Source of the DNA: Raja brachyura
Taxonomy: Eukaryota
Direction of reading: 5' to 3'
DNA: 64,000 bases
Assembly: GCA_963514005.1 (NCBI GenBank)
Contig: OY740813.1
Location: 24,552,001 to 24,616,000 of the forward strand
The position numbers and the translations under genes are program-made. Shown piece by piece: positions 51,939 through 64,000 of this stretch. Position 1 is the first letter of the stretch. Each line of letters starts with the position of its first letter. Below the pieces are notes generated by a model. That model did no database searches and was not told the DNA's origin. It saw only the letters and a program-made list of their open reading frames with translations.

Positions 51939-53294
51939 CAATTGTTGATAGGGTGTTGATGTGCCTAATTAAACTGATTTGACCTCCTCTATGTCGATGC
52001 AGGGGAGGCGCAAATTAATTGCAAATGGTAAAACACCAACTGAACAACTGGGGAAATACGAATCATACTGAAGGTCATTTGACTTGTACCTGTGGGACAG
52101 ATCTCATGCCAGACCAGTGTGTTAGGGATCCAGATTTTGATGGATATCTACTTCAAGACTAAGATCACTTCCTAATGAATTGATCACCTATAATGGAACA
52201 CACTGCAATCTGGCCGATTACACTGGCAGATATCCCCACATCTATTCACACGACACTAATCTGCACCTCACATTGCCTACATTGCATTGTGACACTCTGA
52301 CATGAATGTATAAGATACCTTGCAAGTGCAAAATCTTATAATGGAGAAGTCATTAATGGAGAAGATATCAAAATAAAACACAGGTGATAGGAGCATCATC
52401 TTCCAAAAACAACATCTACGTTATACTGACTCCAGTCCCAGGTAGCCCCGAGATTCAAACTGGCTGCAGGTATAAATACAAAGCTACTGTTCTGTTGCCA
52501 CTGACTGAATGATAATGAAGCGTTTAAAAAAAACAGGACATCTATACATACAGAAAATGGTCAACACCAGGGCCTAGTAGTTGGAAGAATTCAATTGCAG
52601 TGGGCCATCTTTCTCACCGAAGAAAAAAAAATGTCACAGCATTTTTATGTGATTTTTTTTTTTAAATGAGTACATGCAGCCTCTTGTTCTGCTGGGTAGG
52701 AAATGAAAATGATCTCGGGAACCATGCTGGGAAAAAATGGGCATGATTGGTTTAAACTGCATCATTTCCAATGGTTTTATTTGTGAATCTATAATGACAC
52801 AGAACACCAGGAGCCAATTGTACTTCTGCTGGCTTCTTGAAAAGGCTCCTCAATAATCCAATTTCCCTCACACGCTCACTTAAGAAAATAGTATGAATGC
52901 ATAAAATTAGTTTCTAACAACCTATAGAGCACTTTATGTCATCGTACAAAAGCTGACCACATACAAAACACTTGCTTCCCTCCCTCCCCCCCCCCCCCTC
53001 CCTATTTCCTCTGGTTACCATGGAAAAAATGCCTGTTTACTCTCCGAATCTTTCATTCTGAACATTTCCAGCAAATCACCGGAACTGTTTCTGCTCCAAG
53101 ACCAGCTCGGCTCTTTCTCTTTCAGTTTCTTTCTTGAACTCTCACTGCTCAACATGATCTTCATTCCTTCCTGCTGCTCAGAACTGAACACAATGCTCCA
53201 GCTGAGGCCAAACCAGTGTCGATAAGATTTCATTAACTTCCTTGGCTTAATATTATATATTCATCCCATTAAAAGACATGTTGGTTTTTTTAGG

Positions 53295-53436
53295 TTTTAG
53301 AGATACAGCGTGAAAACAGGCCCTTCGGCCCACCGGTTCCATGCTGACCAGCGAGCCCCACATATTAACACTATCCTACACCCACTAGGGACAATTTTTA
53401 CATTTACCAAGCCAATTAACCTACAGACCTGTACCT
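53295..53436 (-). mobile_element. HE1-like SINE 3' fragment
   Basis: ttagagatacagcgtgaaaacaggcccttcggccc…ccaagccaattaacctac. Confidence 0.8.
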
Positions 53437-53718
53437 CTTCAAAAGATAACCACATGCATCTTTTGAACATACCTAACAGAATTATTTTACACGTCCTCAC
53501 TACTAGACTTTAAAATCAAGATCCATGTGCCCAAGTATGGCATATATTATTTAAAAATTATCACAACACATTTCTGGAGAATCCCAAATGTCTGAATTAC
53601 ACTATTTTGTTATTTTCTGGTATTCTGTATATTTTCAAAGTTTGTTTGCACATCAAACCAACTCACACTCAAGCCCCCAACTTTCCTTTCACCTTATATT
53701 GTTTTTTATATTTCTAAA

Positions 53719-54740
53719 CTGTTAGGTTAGACAACCACACCTCTTCAACCCTCACCCCGTTCCACAGGGCTGCGTGCTGAGCCCTCTCCTCTACTCCCTC
53801 TTCACCTACAACTGCACACCTGTCCATGGTACTAACACCATCATCAAGTATGCAGATGATACAATGGTGATTGGCCTCATCAGCGACAACGATGAGTCGG
53901 CCTATAGGGAGGAGATCCAGCTCCTAGCAGCATGGTGCGCTGACAATAACCTGGCCCTTAACACCAAGAAGCTCATTGTGGACTACAGAAGGTCTAGGGG
54001 TGGCACGCACACCCCCATCCATATTAACGGGACGGAGGTGGAGCGTGTTTCCAGCTTCAGGTTTCTGGGGGTCAACATCTCTGATGACCTCTCTTGGACC
54101 CACAATACCTTAACACTGATCAAGAAGGCTCACCAGCGTCTCTTCTTCCTGAGGAGACTAAAGAAGGTCCATCTGTCTCCAAAGATTCTGGTGAACTTCT
54201 ACCGCTGCGCCATCGAGAGCATCCTTACCAACTGTATCACAGTATGGTATGCAACTGCTCTGTCTCCAACCGGAAAGCACTGCAGAGGGTGGTGAAAACT
54301 GCCCAACGCATCACCGGTTCCTCACTCCCCTCCATTGAGTCTGTCCAGAGCAAGCGATGTCTGCGAAGGGCGCGCAGCATCGTCAAGGACTGCTCTCACC
54401 CCAGCCACAGACTCTTTACCCTCCTCCCATCTGGAAGGCGCTACAGGTCTCTCCGTTGCCGGACCAGCAGGTTCAGGAACAGCTTCTTCCCTGCAGCTGT
54501 TACCCTACTTAACTCTGCACATTGGTGATTGCCAGTTACCCCACCCCCTCGGACACTCCTTCCCCCAGTGACTGATCTCCCCCCCCCCCAGAAAATTGCA
54601 CTACTGCTACTGTATATACATATATATTTTACTGTTCCATTATTCCGTGGTCTCACTTCTGGGTGAGATGCTAACTGCATTTTGTTGTCTCTGTACTTGT
54701 CCACTGCACAATGACAATAATGTTTGAATCTGAATCTGAA
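53719..54740 (+). mobile_element. Rex1/Babar-like LINE, 5'-truncated RT fragment
   Basis: PQGCVLSPLLYSLFT…IIKYADDT…KKAHQRLFFLRRLKK…RFRNSFFP with a frameshift near 54250; tail TGACAATAA…(tgaatc)n. Confidence 0.93.
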
Positions 54741-55379
54741 AATCTGCCCTGTCATTTCTTTGAGTATTTCATTTCAGGAACTAAGTTTATGCAAGGCAAT
54801 AAGTATAAGACATTATTCTTTTCAGCTTCATACAGTCTTAATGTGCCAATTTATGAACATAATTCAAGATGAATAATTCTTAATTCAGTCATGTATTTAA
54901 TGTCAATTAAACATGAAACTACACCTTTAATCTGATTTTTAAATGGAGCTCAATTTTTAAAGTGAAGCTGTAATAAAGTTTTAATTTGTCAATGGATGGA
55001 TTTATAGATAAAAATATACACGCATATAGGAAATAAATTATAAGCAACCAACTGATCAAAGCAAAAGTGAAGACAGACCAAATTTAACTTGCCAAAAATA
55101 TATCGATGTAAGGATTTTAAACAAATTTATGCCATGCACCTTAATCTGTTTGAAGATCTGAATTGCAAACATGCTATATGGGTCCCGATAATACCACTGT
55201 ATTCGACCCCTTCTGACGAGCATGGTAGAAACATCGTCATTAAAAATATTATGTTTTGAATAGAATTGAATGAAAAGTCACAATTTCAATGCTTGTTAAT
55301 ATACGTTAATTTACTTTGTACATGTACATTGGTAAAAATGTTTTGCAATGCTTAATACCACCACTACAATAAATATGTT

Positions 55380-57500
55380 CAAGTCATTGAGCTGTGCAGC
55401 CCAGAAACACCACTTTAGCACAACACATCTGACACCCATCATGTCTATCCATACTAAAGCAACTTGCCTGCACTACTTCCATATCCCTCTATGTCCTGTT
55501 TATTCAAGTACCTGTCCAGATTTCTCTCAAATGTTGTTACTGTTTCTGACGCCATCGTTTCCTCTGGCAGGTCATTCCAGATACCAATGGCCCTAAAACA
55601 TTTCCAGTTCCCATATAAACCACCATTTTCAGGGAATTGTGCACTAGCAACACTCTCCAGGGTCCTGCCATTCATTGGACATCCTGGCCTGGTTTGATGA
55701 TCCAAAAGGCACTGCTTCCCACGTCTGACTATCGTTCCCATGCCACTTTCCCAGTTAATGTATATCATTTTGTAACTGAGACAACCATCAACTCTGGTCT
55801 CTTCTCCAAAATGTATTAACCATGTCACCTACATTCTCAACCAAGTTATTACTACACATGACAAGCAGAGGCCCCTGCAGTGATCCAGGAGAGCAATACT
55901 GAAAACATCCTTCTGCTGCCAGCCCCTGCCTCCAACCACCAAGCCAATTGTGCACCCAATTGGCCAGCTCACCTTGGATACCATCTGTTCTTAACCTCTG
56001 GACGAGTCAATCATGCAGGACCTTGTCAAATACCTTGAAGTCCTTGTGGACAACATCGATTGCCCTGCCTTCATCAATCATCCTGGCCATTTCTAGGAAA
56101 ATGTCAATCAAGTTCATGAGGTATAATTGCCATGCATAAAGCCATGCTACCTATGCCAGGTCAGCCGTTGCCTTACCAAATACTTGAAGATCCTACCTCC
56201 CAATCCCCTCCAGTAATTTACCCGCCACTGGTGCAAGGCTCACTCCCCAGTTTCAGTTTGGTAGCTCACCTCTGCTGCCCCCAAGGACATTAGTCATCTA
56301 TTAGTCATTATATTTAGTAATCTTCCAGTCTTCTTATGGCCAAGAAAACACAAAGCCACTGCCAGGGATCCCTGCAATCTTTTCCCTTGCTTCCCATACT
56401 ATCCATGGATGCAACCCGACAGGCCCAAGGGATTCAGTAACTTGTGGGTGTTCTGAGAGCTCCAACATCACCAGCGTCATGTTGTAATGCTCCAAGATAT
56501 CACCGTTTCATCCCCTGAACTAACTTTCATGTCTTTCTCTGTAAATCAAAGCAAAGGTATGCCTCTCCCATTTCCCATGGCTCCCCACACAGATTACCAG
56601 AACAATCCTTAAGCCAATTTACTCTCTCCCTAGCTACCATTTTACTCGCTATATTTATAGAATCTTTTAGGCTTTTACCTTATTTACACTCCTAGTTTCC
56701 TTTTTATGTGCACCCTCACACTTCAGGAATCTCACAATCCCAGCTGACATGTACCTGGCATGTGCCATTTTCTTCACCAGACTTTCAATACCCCTCATCA
56801 ATCAGGGAGGACCTCTAATCCTGTTAGCCTTACCCTTCCCTAATAAGCACATGCTGGCCCTGAACTCTTCCTATCTTACTTTTAAAAAGCTCCCACTTGC
56901 AGGCTCTCCATGACCAGCTTCACCCTGTGAAACTGGAGTTCTTGTCTGATGCAAGTGAAATTAACCTTGCCCCAATTTAGAAATTTAACCCGAGGACGTT
57001 CAATCTTTTTACATGTTAGCTTAAAACTAATAGAATTACAGCCACTGGCCAAAGGTCAAGTGTAGCTCCTTCTCTGGTAGGCCACCTAAATTGTTTTTAA
57101 AAAACTTGCCTGGTCACACACAACTAATTCTGCCCTATCCAACTCCTTTGCACCAAATCAATTCCAGTCAATATTGGGGAAGTTAAAAATCATCTACTGT
57201 TACAACTTTTTATTCCTATATCCATCTGTGAGTTTGCCATGGAGATGCTTTTCTAATTCCCACCACCTACTGGGTGGTCTATAGTATAATCCCATTAAAG
57301 TGATCTATTGTTATTAGCAAGCTCAACTAATGCCTCGCTGGACATTCCCACGTGATATAATCTCCACGTTACCGTGACGTTCTCCCTCATCAATAATTTT
57401 ACCCCCCCCCCACCCCACCCCACCTCCTCTCATGCATCCTCTTCTGCCATGCCAAAAGTATCAATGCTCCAGAACATTCAGCTGCCCATCCCTTAACTTT
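55380..57500 (-). mobile_element. Long degraded CR1 LINE (endonuclease to 3' UTR, with deletions)
   Basis: Minus strand gives ITLMGLYYRPPS (~57270-57305, endonuclease), AIDVVHKDF-KVFDKV (~56018-56064, RT) and IGIWNDLP (C-terminus). Confidence 0.8.
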
Positions 57501-58467
57501 GATCCCATAATAGCTGTCACATCCTATCCTACTGTACACTTCATATAAATGATATACTCAAGTTATAAAACCAATGACAAAAACTGAATGTGGAGCTTCT
57601 TCTCGAGGTATACACAATTTCCTAATAATCTAGGCTGATTTCATCTTGAAATGTTCCAAATATTGTTTAAAATCTAAGGAACAGTTGAAGGAACTACAGT
57701 AAAGCACACTATCAAATTCAGTTTGAGTCAATCCATAGCAGTAAAGCAAAAGCTTCCTTGGTACAGTGTGCGATGCCTTCGCACCCATCACTTTTCTTAC
57801 AATTGGCAACACAAGAACTTGCAATGGAAATATGAAGTCATCAGTACAAAACATTATAATGGGCAAGGTCTGAGAGTAAATCTGCAAAGCAATCATGTAA
57901 TTAAACACAAATCTAGAAGCTCCAGTCAACAATTACCTGCTCTGTCACAGAAGCATCCTGCTTATGTGCATTGTGTACTTGCCCATTTGATAAATTCAAC
58001 TTCACTTGCAATATAATCATCACAAAAGTGATCTGATGCGAACGCCAAATTGTGAACTACTTACAGTAAAAAAACGATACCTTTAATACTTTCACAAAAA
58101 AGATGACATTTCAAATTTCATGTTATATTTCAGCATTTCCCATTATTTTCCACACTTTTTCTCTCTGAAAATACTTCATTTTGCTCATTCACTGTAAAGT
58201 GCTTCCATTGACAGAAAAAGTGCTTTGCCTTACCCATTGTAAGAGTTCTTCAATGAGATCAACTGCTTAGTCTGCTTGATTACATTAATGTTCATTGAAA
58301 ACAGGGATCCCCTGACAGCTGATGACATTTTACAAGTGATGATGTGAAAGGGGACATCCAATGTGACAGATTATAACATTCATGTGGACAGTGAAGATCG
58401 CTGACACTTCATCATGACTCCCGTTCTGGTCTATTTTTCCAGAAAATTAAATAACTAGCCGCATATT

Positions 58468-58870
58468 AGAACATAGACATATAAAACATAGAAAATAGGT
58501 GCTATTCGGCCCTTCGAACCAGCACCGCCATTCAATATGATCATGGCTGATCATCCAAAATCAGTACCCCGTTCTCGCTTTTTCCCCCATATCCCTTGAT
58601 TCCCTCAGCCCTAAGAGCTAAATCTAACTCTCTCTTGAAAACATCCAGTGAATTGGCATCCACTCCCTTCTGTGGCAGAGAATTCCACAGATCACAACTC
58701 TCTGGGTGAAAACGTTTTTCCTCATCTCAGTCCTAAATGGCCGACTCCTTATTCTTAAACAGTGACCCCTGGTTCTGGACTCCCCCAACATGAGGAACAT
58801 TTTTCCTGCATCTACCCTGTCCAATCCTCTAAGAATGTTATATGTTTCTAAAAGATCCCCTCTCATCCTT
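58468..58870 (-). mobile_element. CR1/HER1 LINE 3' fragment
   Basis: RMRGDLLETYNILRGLDRVDAG…SRTRGHCLRI; (TCTATG)-type tail. Confidence 0.9.
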
Positions 58871-59519
58871 CTATGTCTATGTTTTCTATATGCAGCAAAT
58901 GGAGGGATACAGTTCATGTGTAGGCAGAGAAGATTAGTTTAACTTGGCATCACGTTTAGCATGGACATTGTGAGCAGAAGGGCCTGTTCCTGTGCTGTAT
59001 TGTTTTCTATGTAGGGTTAATGTCTAACCTTGCATGTAGGAAGACAAGACGGGAAGCATGCATTTGTCTCAGATAGCCAAATTAGAATACAACATTTGTG
59101 AACATTCCAACAATAGTTTTGTTTCTCAAAAAATTAAACACTGGTCCCGATTTAACACAAGGATGAAACATAAATTTCTCGTTTCATAACATCACTGATA
59201 AACATATCATCCACTGCACAATGCATGTGACAGCAACTTCCACAAACTTCACAATTGCTTTCAGCTGCAGCTTTGCCTTGCAGCCAGTTCAGATTTATGC
59301 TTAATGCTAATTGTAAAGTATAATAGATTAGAAACTGAGCTCTCTCTCTTTGCGGCTAACTGATTGTTTGATTAGTTTAACGATTGGCTGCTCAGCCAAC
59401 TTCATATCATTACTGAGTGATACAAGGAACACTTGGAGATCAGATTAAAAAGGATAGTTCACGGCATGGATACCATCAAATCTTATCCGCCAACTCTTTT
59501 AGAGATCAGTATTGAGAGC

Positions 59520-59617
59520 AAAGATAGACACAAAAAGCTGGAGTAACTCAGTGGGACAGCCCGCATGTCTGGAGAGAAGGAATGGGTGAAGTTTCGGCTC
59601 GAGGCCCTTTTTCAGAC
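59520..59617 (-). mobile_element. Penelope pLTR short repeat
   Basis: agatagacacaaaaagctggagtaactcag…gaaggaatgggtga.gtttcgg. Confidence 0.8.
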
Positions 59618-60199
59618 AGCAAAGTATTCATCATACACATTTGTAACGTTATTTTATTGAGAGTTGAATAAAAATCCACAAGATATTTGTTGCTTAATTC
59701 ATTGATTATTAAGCAAATAGTTTGAATTGAATTCAAAGGCAGTAAAGTGAATTACTCTAAAGCCATTAAATAACAAAACAGTTTACACAATGTTGGGCTG
59801 TATGCAAAAAAAATGTTGATTGTGAATTTGTATCACTTCCTTAATGAGGAATATTTCCTCTGAACTAATTTAAACAGACTTGCGAATACAATTATGATCT
59901 TACTAATGGTACACAGAGGAAATCACCCAAGACTTATTTATGTATTTAACTGTTCTGCATTGGAGGGCTGACAAGTTGAAGTCAGCAGGCTCATCAAATG
60001 AAAGACAAAAAGCAATCCAACGCTGATCTTGTCGATTCTTAACGCACTTAATGACCACCCCCACTCCTCAAACGTGGTGACCAACTAACTGCTTGTAATC
60101 TAACAATTATTTGGTGGAACTTTTGATTGTTTTATACACAAATGGGACATCTACGAACAAGAATGCAGTGTAAAATGTGAAATGCTATCCTGCACCCAC

Positions 60200-60348
60200 C
60201 TTGCCATCAAATTTGGAATACTCATTGAATGGGTTGTTCAGCTGATGCGGACAGTGTTCAAGTCGTACAGAAAGCATAGATGATGTTCCAGTAGTCGGTG
60301 GTTTTGTACGGAAGTCCTTCTTTTCGAACAAGCAGCCGAGTTCTTCAG
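60200..60348 (-). CDS. MAPKAP1: MAPKAP1/SIN1 coding exon (149 nt): (A)[49 protein letters not shown]
   Basis: Minus-strand acceptor ttcctatttcAG|CT and donor AAG|GTgggt. The peptide matches human SIN1 as I recall it (AQELKSLFEKKSLKEKPP…[25 protein letters not shown]). Ends in phase 0. Confidence 0.96.
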
Positions 60349-61605
60349 CTGAAATAGGAAGAACCACTTCTCAATAGTCAATCACTACTAAATTACCTAT
60401 GAAGTTTAAAAATTCTCCGGCCTTGACGGTGAATACCTGGTGCTAGAATGCAACAAGTAAAACAGAACAGTTTACTTTTTTCTCATGTGGCTCAAGTTGA
60501 ATAAAGCGCTGCACGGATCTAATCCCAGCCACCTCACAAGAGCCAGACATTGGGTGCAAGTCTGTCTCAGACTTAGGAACCCAAAAAACAAGTGACAAAG
60601 GCACTGACGGCAGGCTAAATCAAATAAATGAAGTTCATTAATCAGAAAATAATAAAAATAAAAGTTATGATAAAAGGTTTATATGGATAACTAATTTCCA
60701 TGTGATGAAAATTCTATTCAAGCAGCATTTAAAGCTCACTCCAAAGAGGATACTCTATGATAAATTTGCCATTAACTTGTGCCACATCCATTTAACTTTT
60801 ACTCCTTTGCATTATGAAAGAATTAACTATACTTCTAAGAAGGAAGTTCAACATAAAATTAAATTAATTTTAATGGAATTTATAATAATTCAAGATAACA
60901 TAAAATGCAGATAAAAGCGTTCATGTTCTTTTTATGTATCCGCTATTTCTTTCCTGAATTGAAATTTCAGATGCCCCATCTCTATAAAGTATCCCATAAC
61001 ACCACTTTGGGAAGTTTCAAGCAAGGCTTCATTCATGCCATGCATTTACATTGATACTATTCATTGTGTTTCTGCTCCACAGTCATGCTTTCCAAAGCCA
61101 AATCCATGTCAATGGACACCAGATTAGCCAGGGGAAGCAGAATAGATGGCAGTTAATGAAGCTTCATAGTGATGGGAAATTTACTAACTGAGTCACTAGA
61201 GCAGTGACCACTCTTTTGGTATTAACTGTGAGTACCCGAGAAAAAATGTACCCGATTAAAGAAATAAAATTAGCTATCTTCTGAAACTTTGCAATGGACA
61301 AACCTTTCAAATTAATCCTACATATCACACTTTCTATAAAATGTTCAAATACTAACTACCGTGAAAGTACAACTCAAGTTGAGAGTGCTTTACAATCTTG
61401 CACCTCTGTAATTACTGTTGAATAACTAAAATTAAATCATCACTGTTTCTACCAATGGAAAATCAAGATTTTTAGCATTAGTATTCACTGTACTTTTCAA
61501 GCATTTTCGTTCTCACACCCCACCACATATACCGTGTAAAAATATGCTGCAGTACTTTCTTTGAGGCATTAATTTAATTTACCAATAGCAATTATCAAAA
61601 CTGAC

Positions 61606-62620
61606 TTGAGATTGAATTATTTGCTTAAACAACTCCCTCCTGTCACAGTGTTGGATAAACTCACTCTTACCTTTGCAAATAAAGGACTGATCTCTGCAGT
61701 ATATTCTCGATTGATGTATTTAGGAGATCAAAACCTGAACAAAGTTAAAGCTAGGTGGGAGGATGACCTTGGTACTGATCTGTCTGAGGAATGCTGGACA
61801 GAAGCGCTGAAAAAAGTCCACTCCTCGTCATCATGTGCTAGATTGGGGCTCATACAATTTAAAGTTTTACACAGGGTTCATTTAAGGAAAGCCAGGCTTG
61901 CTAACATATATCCAGGGACGGACGCTGGCTGTGACAGGTGCTCGTTCTCTCCAGCCAATCTAGCTCATGCATTCTGGTCTTGCCCCAAACGTGTTAACTA
62001 CTGGGCAGTGGTTTTTAAAACCATCAGTGAAGTCCTTGGGATGACAGTGAGACCTTGCCCGCTTGTAGCTGTATTTGGTGTAACAGATAAAACCTTGGGT
62101 TTAAATACAATCCAGTCTGATATCATTACATTTACATCACTTTTGGCCCGTAGGAGAATCTTGCTGGTCTGCAAATCTAACACTCCTCCATCTGCCACTG
62201 CTTGGCTGGAAGACGTCATGTTTTTTTTAAGGTTAGTAAAGATTAAATTCACATTGAGGGAGTCTGTGAAAAAGTTTTATTTGAAATGGGAACGCTTTTT
62301 ATCATACTTTGAGGGTCTAAAGGAACTACCTATTGACTGAGGCCACTTGACATTAAGTGGGGATCTGCCTTTATTCTGTTTTGTTACTTTATTATTGTTA
62401 AAAAGTGCATTTGATTTTGTGATATATTTGGATTGTGAAAAAATAAGCTGCCTAGGGGTGTTTAGGGAGGGTGGGTTAGGGTTATTTTGTTTATATTATT
62501 ATTATTATTTATAAAAAACAAAATGGAGGAAAATATAATGCCATACATCAGATGTACTGTGAATTTTTTTATTATTTCCCTCCAATTAAAAACTATTAAT
62601 TTAAAAAAAACAAAAAAAAA
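61606..62620 (+). mobile_element. L1-clade LINE 3' fragment (ORF2 C-terminus, 3' UTR, poly(A))
   Basis: Open 244-codon frame with W..DL…W…IQFKVLHR and a CxxC…H..W.C zinc knuckle; ATTAAA followed by an A-rich tail at 62586-62620. Confidence 0.88.
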
Positions 62621-62629
62621 CAACTGAAT

Positions 62630-62880
62630 AGAGAGCCAGGTTTGATCCTGAATAAAGGTGCTGTCTGAACGGAGTCCGTACGTTCTCCTCATGACCGCAT
62701 GTGTTTTCTCCGGGTGCTCCGGTTTCCTGTCACACTCCAAAGACGTACAAGTTTGTCCGTTAATTTGGCTGTGGAAAAAATAGTAAATTGTCTGTAGTGT
62801 GTAGGGTTAGTGTTAGTGTACGGGGATCGCTGGACGGTGTGGATATGTGCCCGTTTCAGTGCTATATCTCTAAACTAAAA
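62630..62880 (+). mobile_element. HE1-like tRNA SINE (5'-truncated)
   Basis: ccaggtttgatcctga…ccgggtgctccggtttcc…tctctaaactaaa. Confidence 0.85.
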
Positions 62881-64000
62881 ATACTGCATTCCCTGAGCCG
62901 CTGAGTTTCTCTAGCAGTTTTTTTTCCCTCTGAATACTGCATTCAATTAACTTCTAAAGTTTTTATTAAGCTCCAGAGCAAGTTTAAATTGTACATGAGT
63001 GCTCAAAACATGCTTTACCTGAGAGTATAGCGTTTCTCTCTTTCCACTGAACATTTTTGCATTTAATCTGATTTTGTCGTTCTTTTCGTAATCGTTCAAG
63101 CCTTTGAGCTGCAAAAAAAAGTGATTTCTTTAAAAACAAAAAACAAAATCTTTGTCCTGGGAACTCAGCAATAAAAGTGTCATAATGAAATACAATTACA
63201 TGTTTTAAATGGGTATTTTATATTGTATTATAACTATGTCAAACGCTCATAAATTTTCAAAGATGACACCACAGCTATGCAAATACCAACAAAATTCTGA
63301 AAGTGTCCATGATTAATAATTGAATTTAAAAGACATAAAACATTAATAGAGCCCATAAAGAGTTTCAACAGTGCAGGGAATATTAAAATGTAAAAACATG
63401 TGTGATTAATAATCTGGTTCACAACTATAAATCATTAATAATGTTTCTTCCCGAAATGTTAATGGTTAGTAAAAGTCAATTGACTATCAGATTACAAGGA
63501 ATAAAATTATTACCTGGGTTTTCTTAAACTCAAAAGCGAACTGAATTTCTTGTTCAATATTTTATTATTTTACGATCAAACTAAAATACCATTGGACCGT
63601 GTGTCTGGAATAGTGTCAAGTGTTCTGATTTGGACCTGAGGAAGTGCAGCTCATATTACTTGTATTAATGTTGCACACCCAATAGGTTTCAACTTGAGGA
63701 AACAAAAGGAGTTATTGGATTGTGCTTCCTCTCCCATGAGAGACATTTCTTCAACTTTTGTGAATTATGAACCATTTTTCCAGAGAGGAAAAACTATCCA
63801 TAAACTTGTTGACTAGAACACTGAATTGCAGAGGTTAAGTTGAAAGCTTCAAAAATTACTTGTTGGAAATCTCAACGTCGAATATATATTTATGGAATAG
63901 GTTGAAAGTGCCAAGACAATTATAAAATCCAATATGATCTAATTTACATCATTTGCATTAATAAGTTGCACATTGTTTTCCAGTAAAGGATGTTACTGAG

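Larger units (their letters stand above)
3361..60199 (-). other. MAPKAP1: MAPKAP1 intron, 56,839 bp, GT-AG, phase 0
   Basis: The flanking exons are contiguous in the SIN1 protein, so no constitutive coding exon is expected between them. Confidence 0.9.

Noticed and set aside
53774-54528. Reverse-transcriptase ORFs as a domesticated gene
   Set aside because: 5'-truncated, frameshifted and ending in a LINE tail: an ordinary Rex1-like relic.
58334-58409. C/D-box snoRNA-like pattern (AAGTG-ATGATGT…CTGA-CACTT)
   Set aside because: Antisense to the host gene, non-canonical box C and stem spacing, and no guide recognised.
60185-60367. ORF-track boundaries for the SIN1 peptide
   Set aside because: The true limits are the splice sites 60200-60348; the MVLPIS and VGAG ends are intronic.
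60397-60442. 46-nt cassette exon using donor ATAG|GTAATT
   Set aside because: It would leave a 48-nt intron, too short for normal vertebrate splicing, and it shifts frame.

Overview
Vertebrate genomic DNA, very likely a cartilaginous fish (skate or ray), judged from HE1-like tRNA SINEs, HER1/CR1 LINEs and Penelope elements. The window lies inside MAPKAP1 (SIN1, mTORC2 subunit) on the minus strand. Two coding exons with canonical splice sites (60200-60348, 149 nt; 3188-3360, 173 nt) join in frame (…SKFDGK|GHIGTT…) across a 56.8 kb intron. The rest is intronic: a mosaic of CR1, Rex1-like, L1 and Penelope retroelement fragments, SINEs, three Harbinger-type MITEs and several non-autonomous Helitron-like elements, interleaved with repeat-free AT-rich blocks that look like conserved enhancers. 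Most worth follow-up: about a dozen Penelope-linked minimal hammerhead-ribozyme motifs, a Helitron family with a shared 3' hairpin but unrelated cargo, a candidate 6-nt microexon, and Asp at the position of human SIN1 Ser128. No database searches were run; family assignments and human comparisons are from motif recognition and memory.
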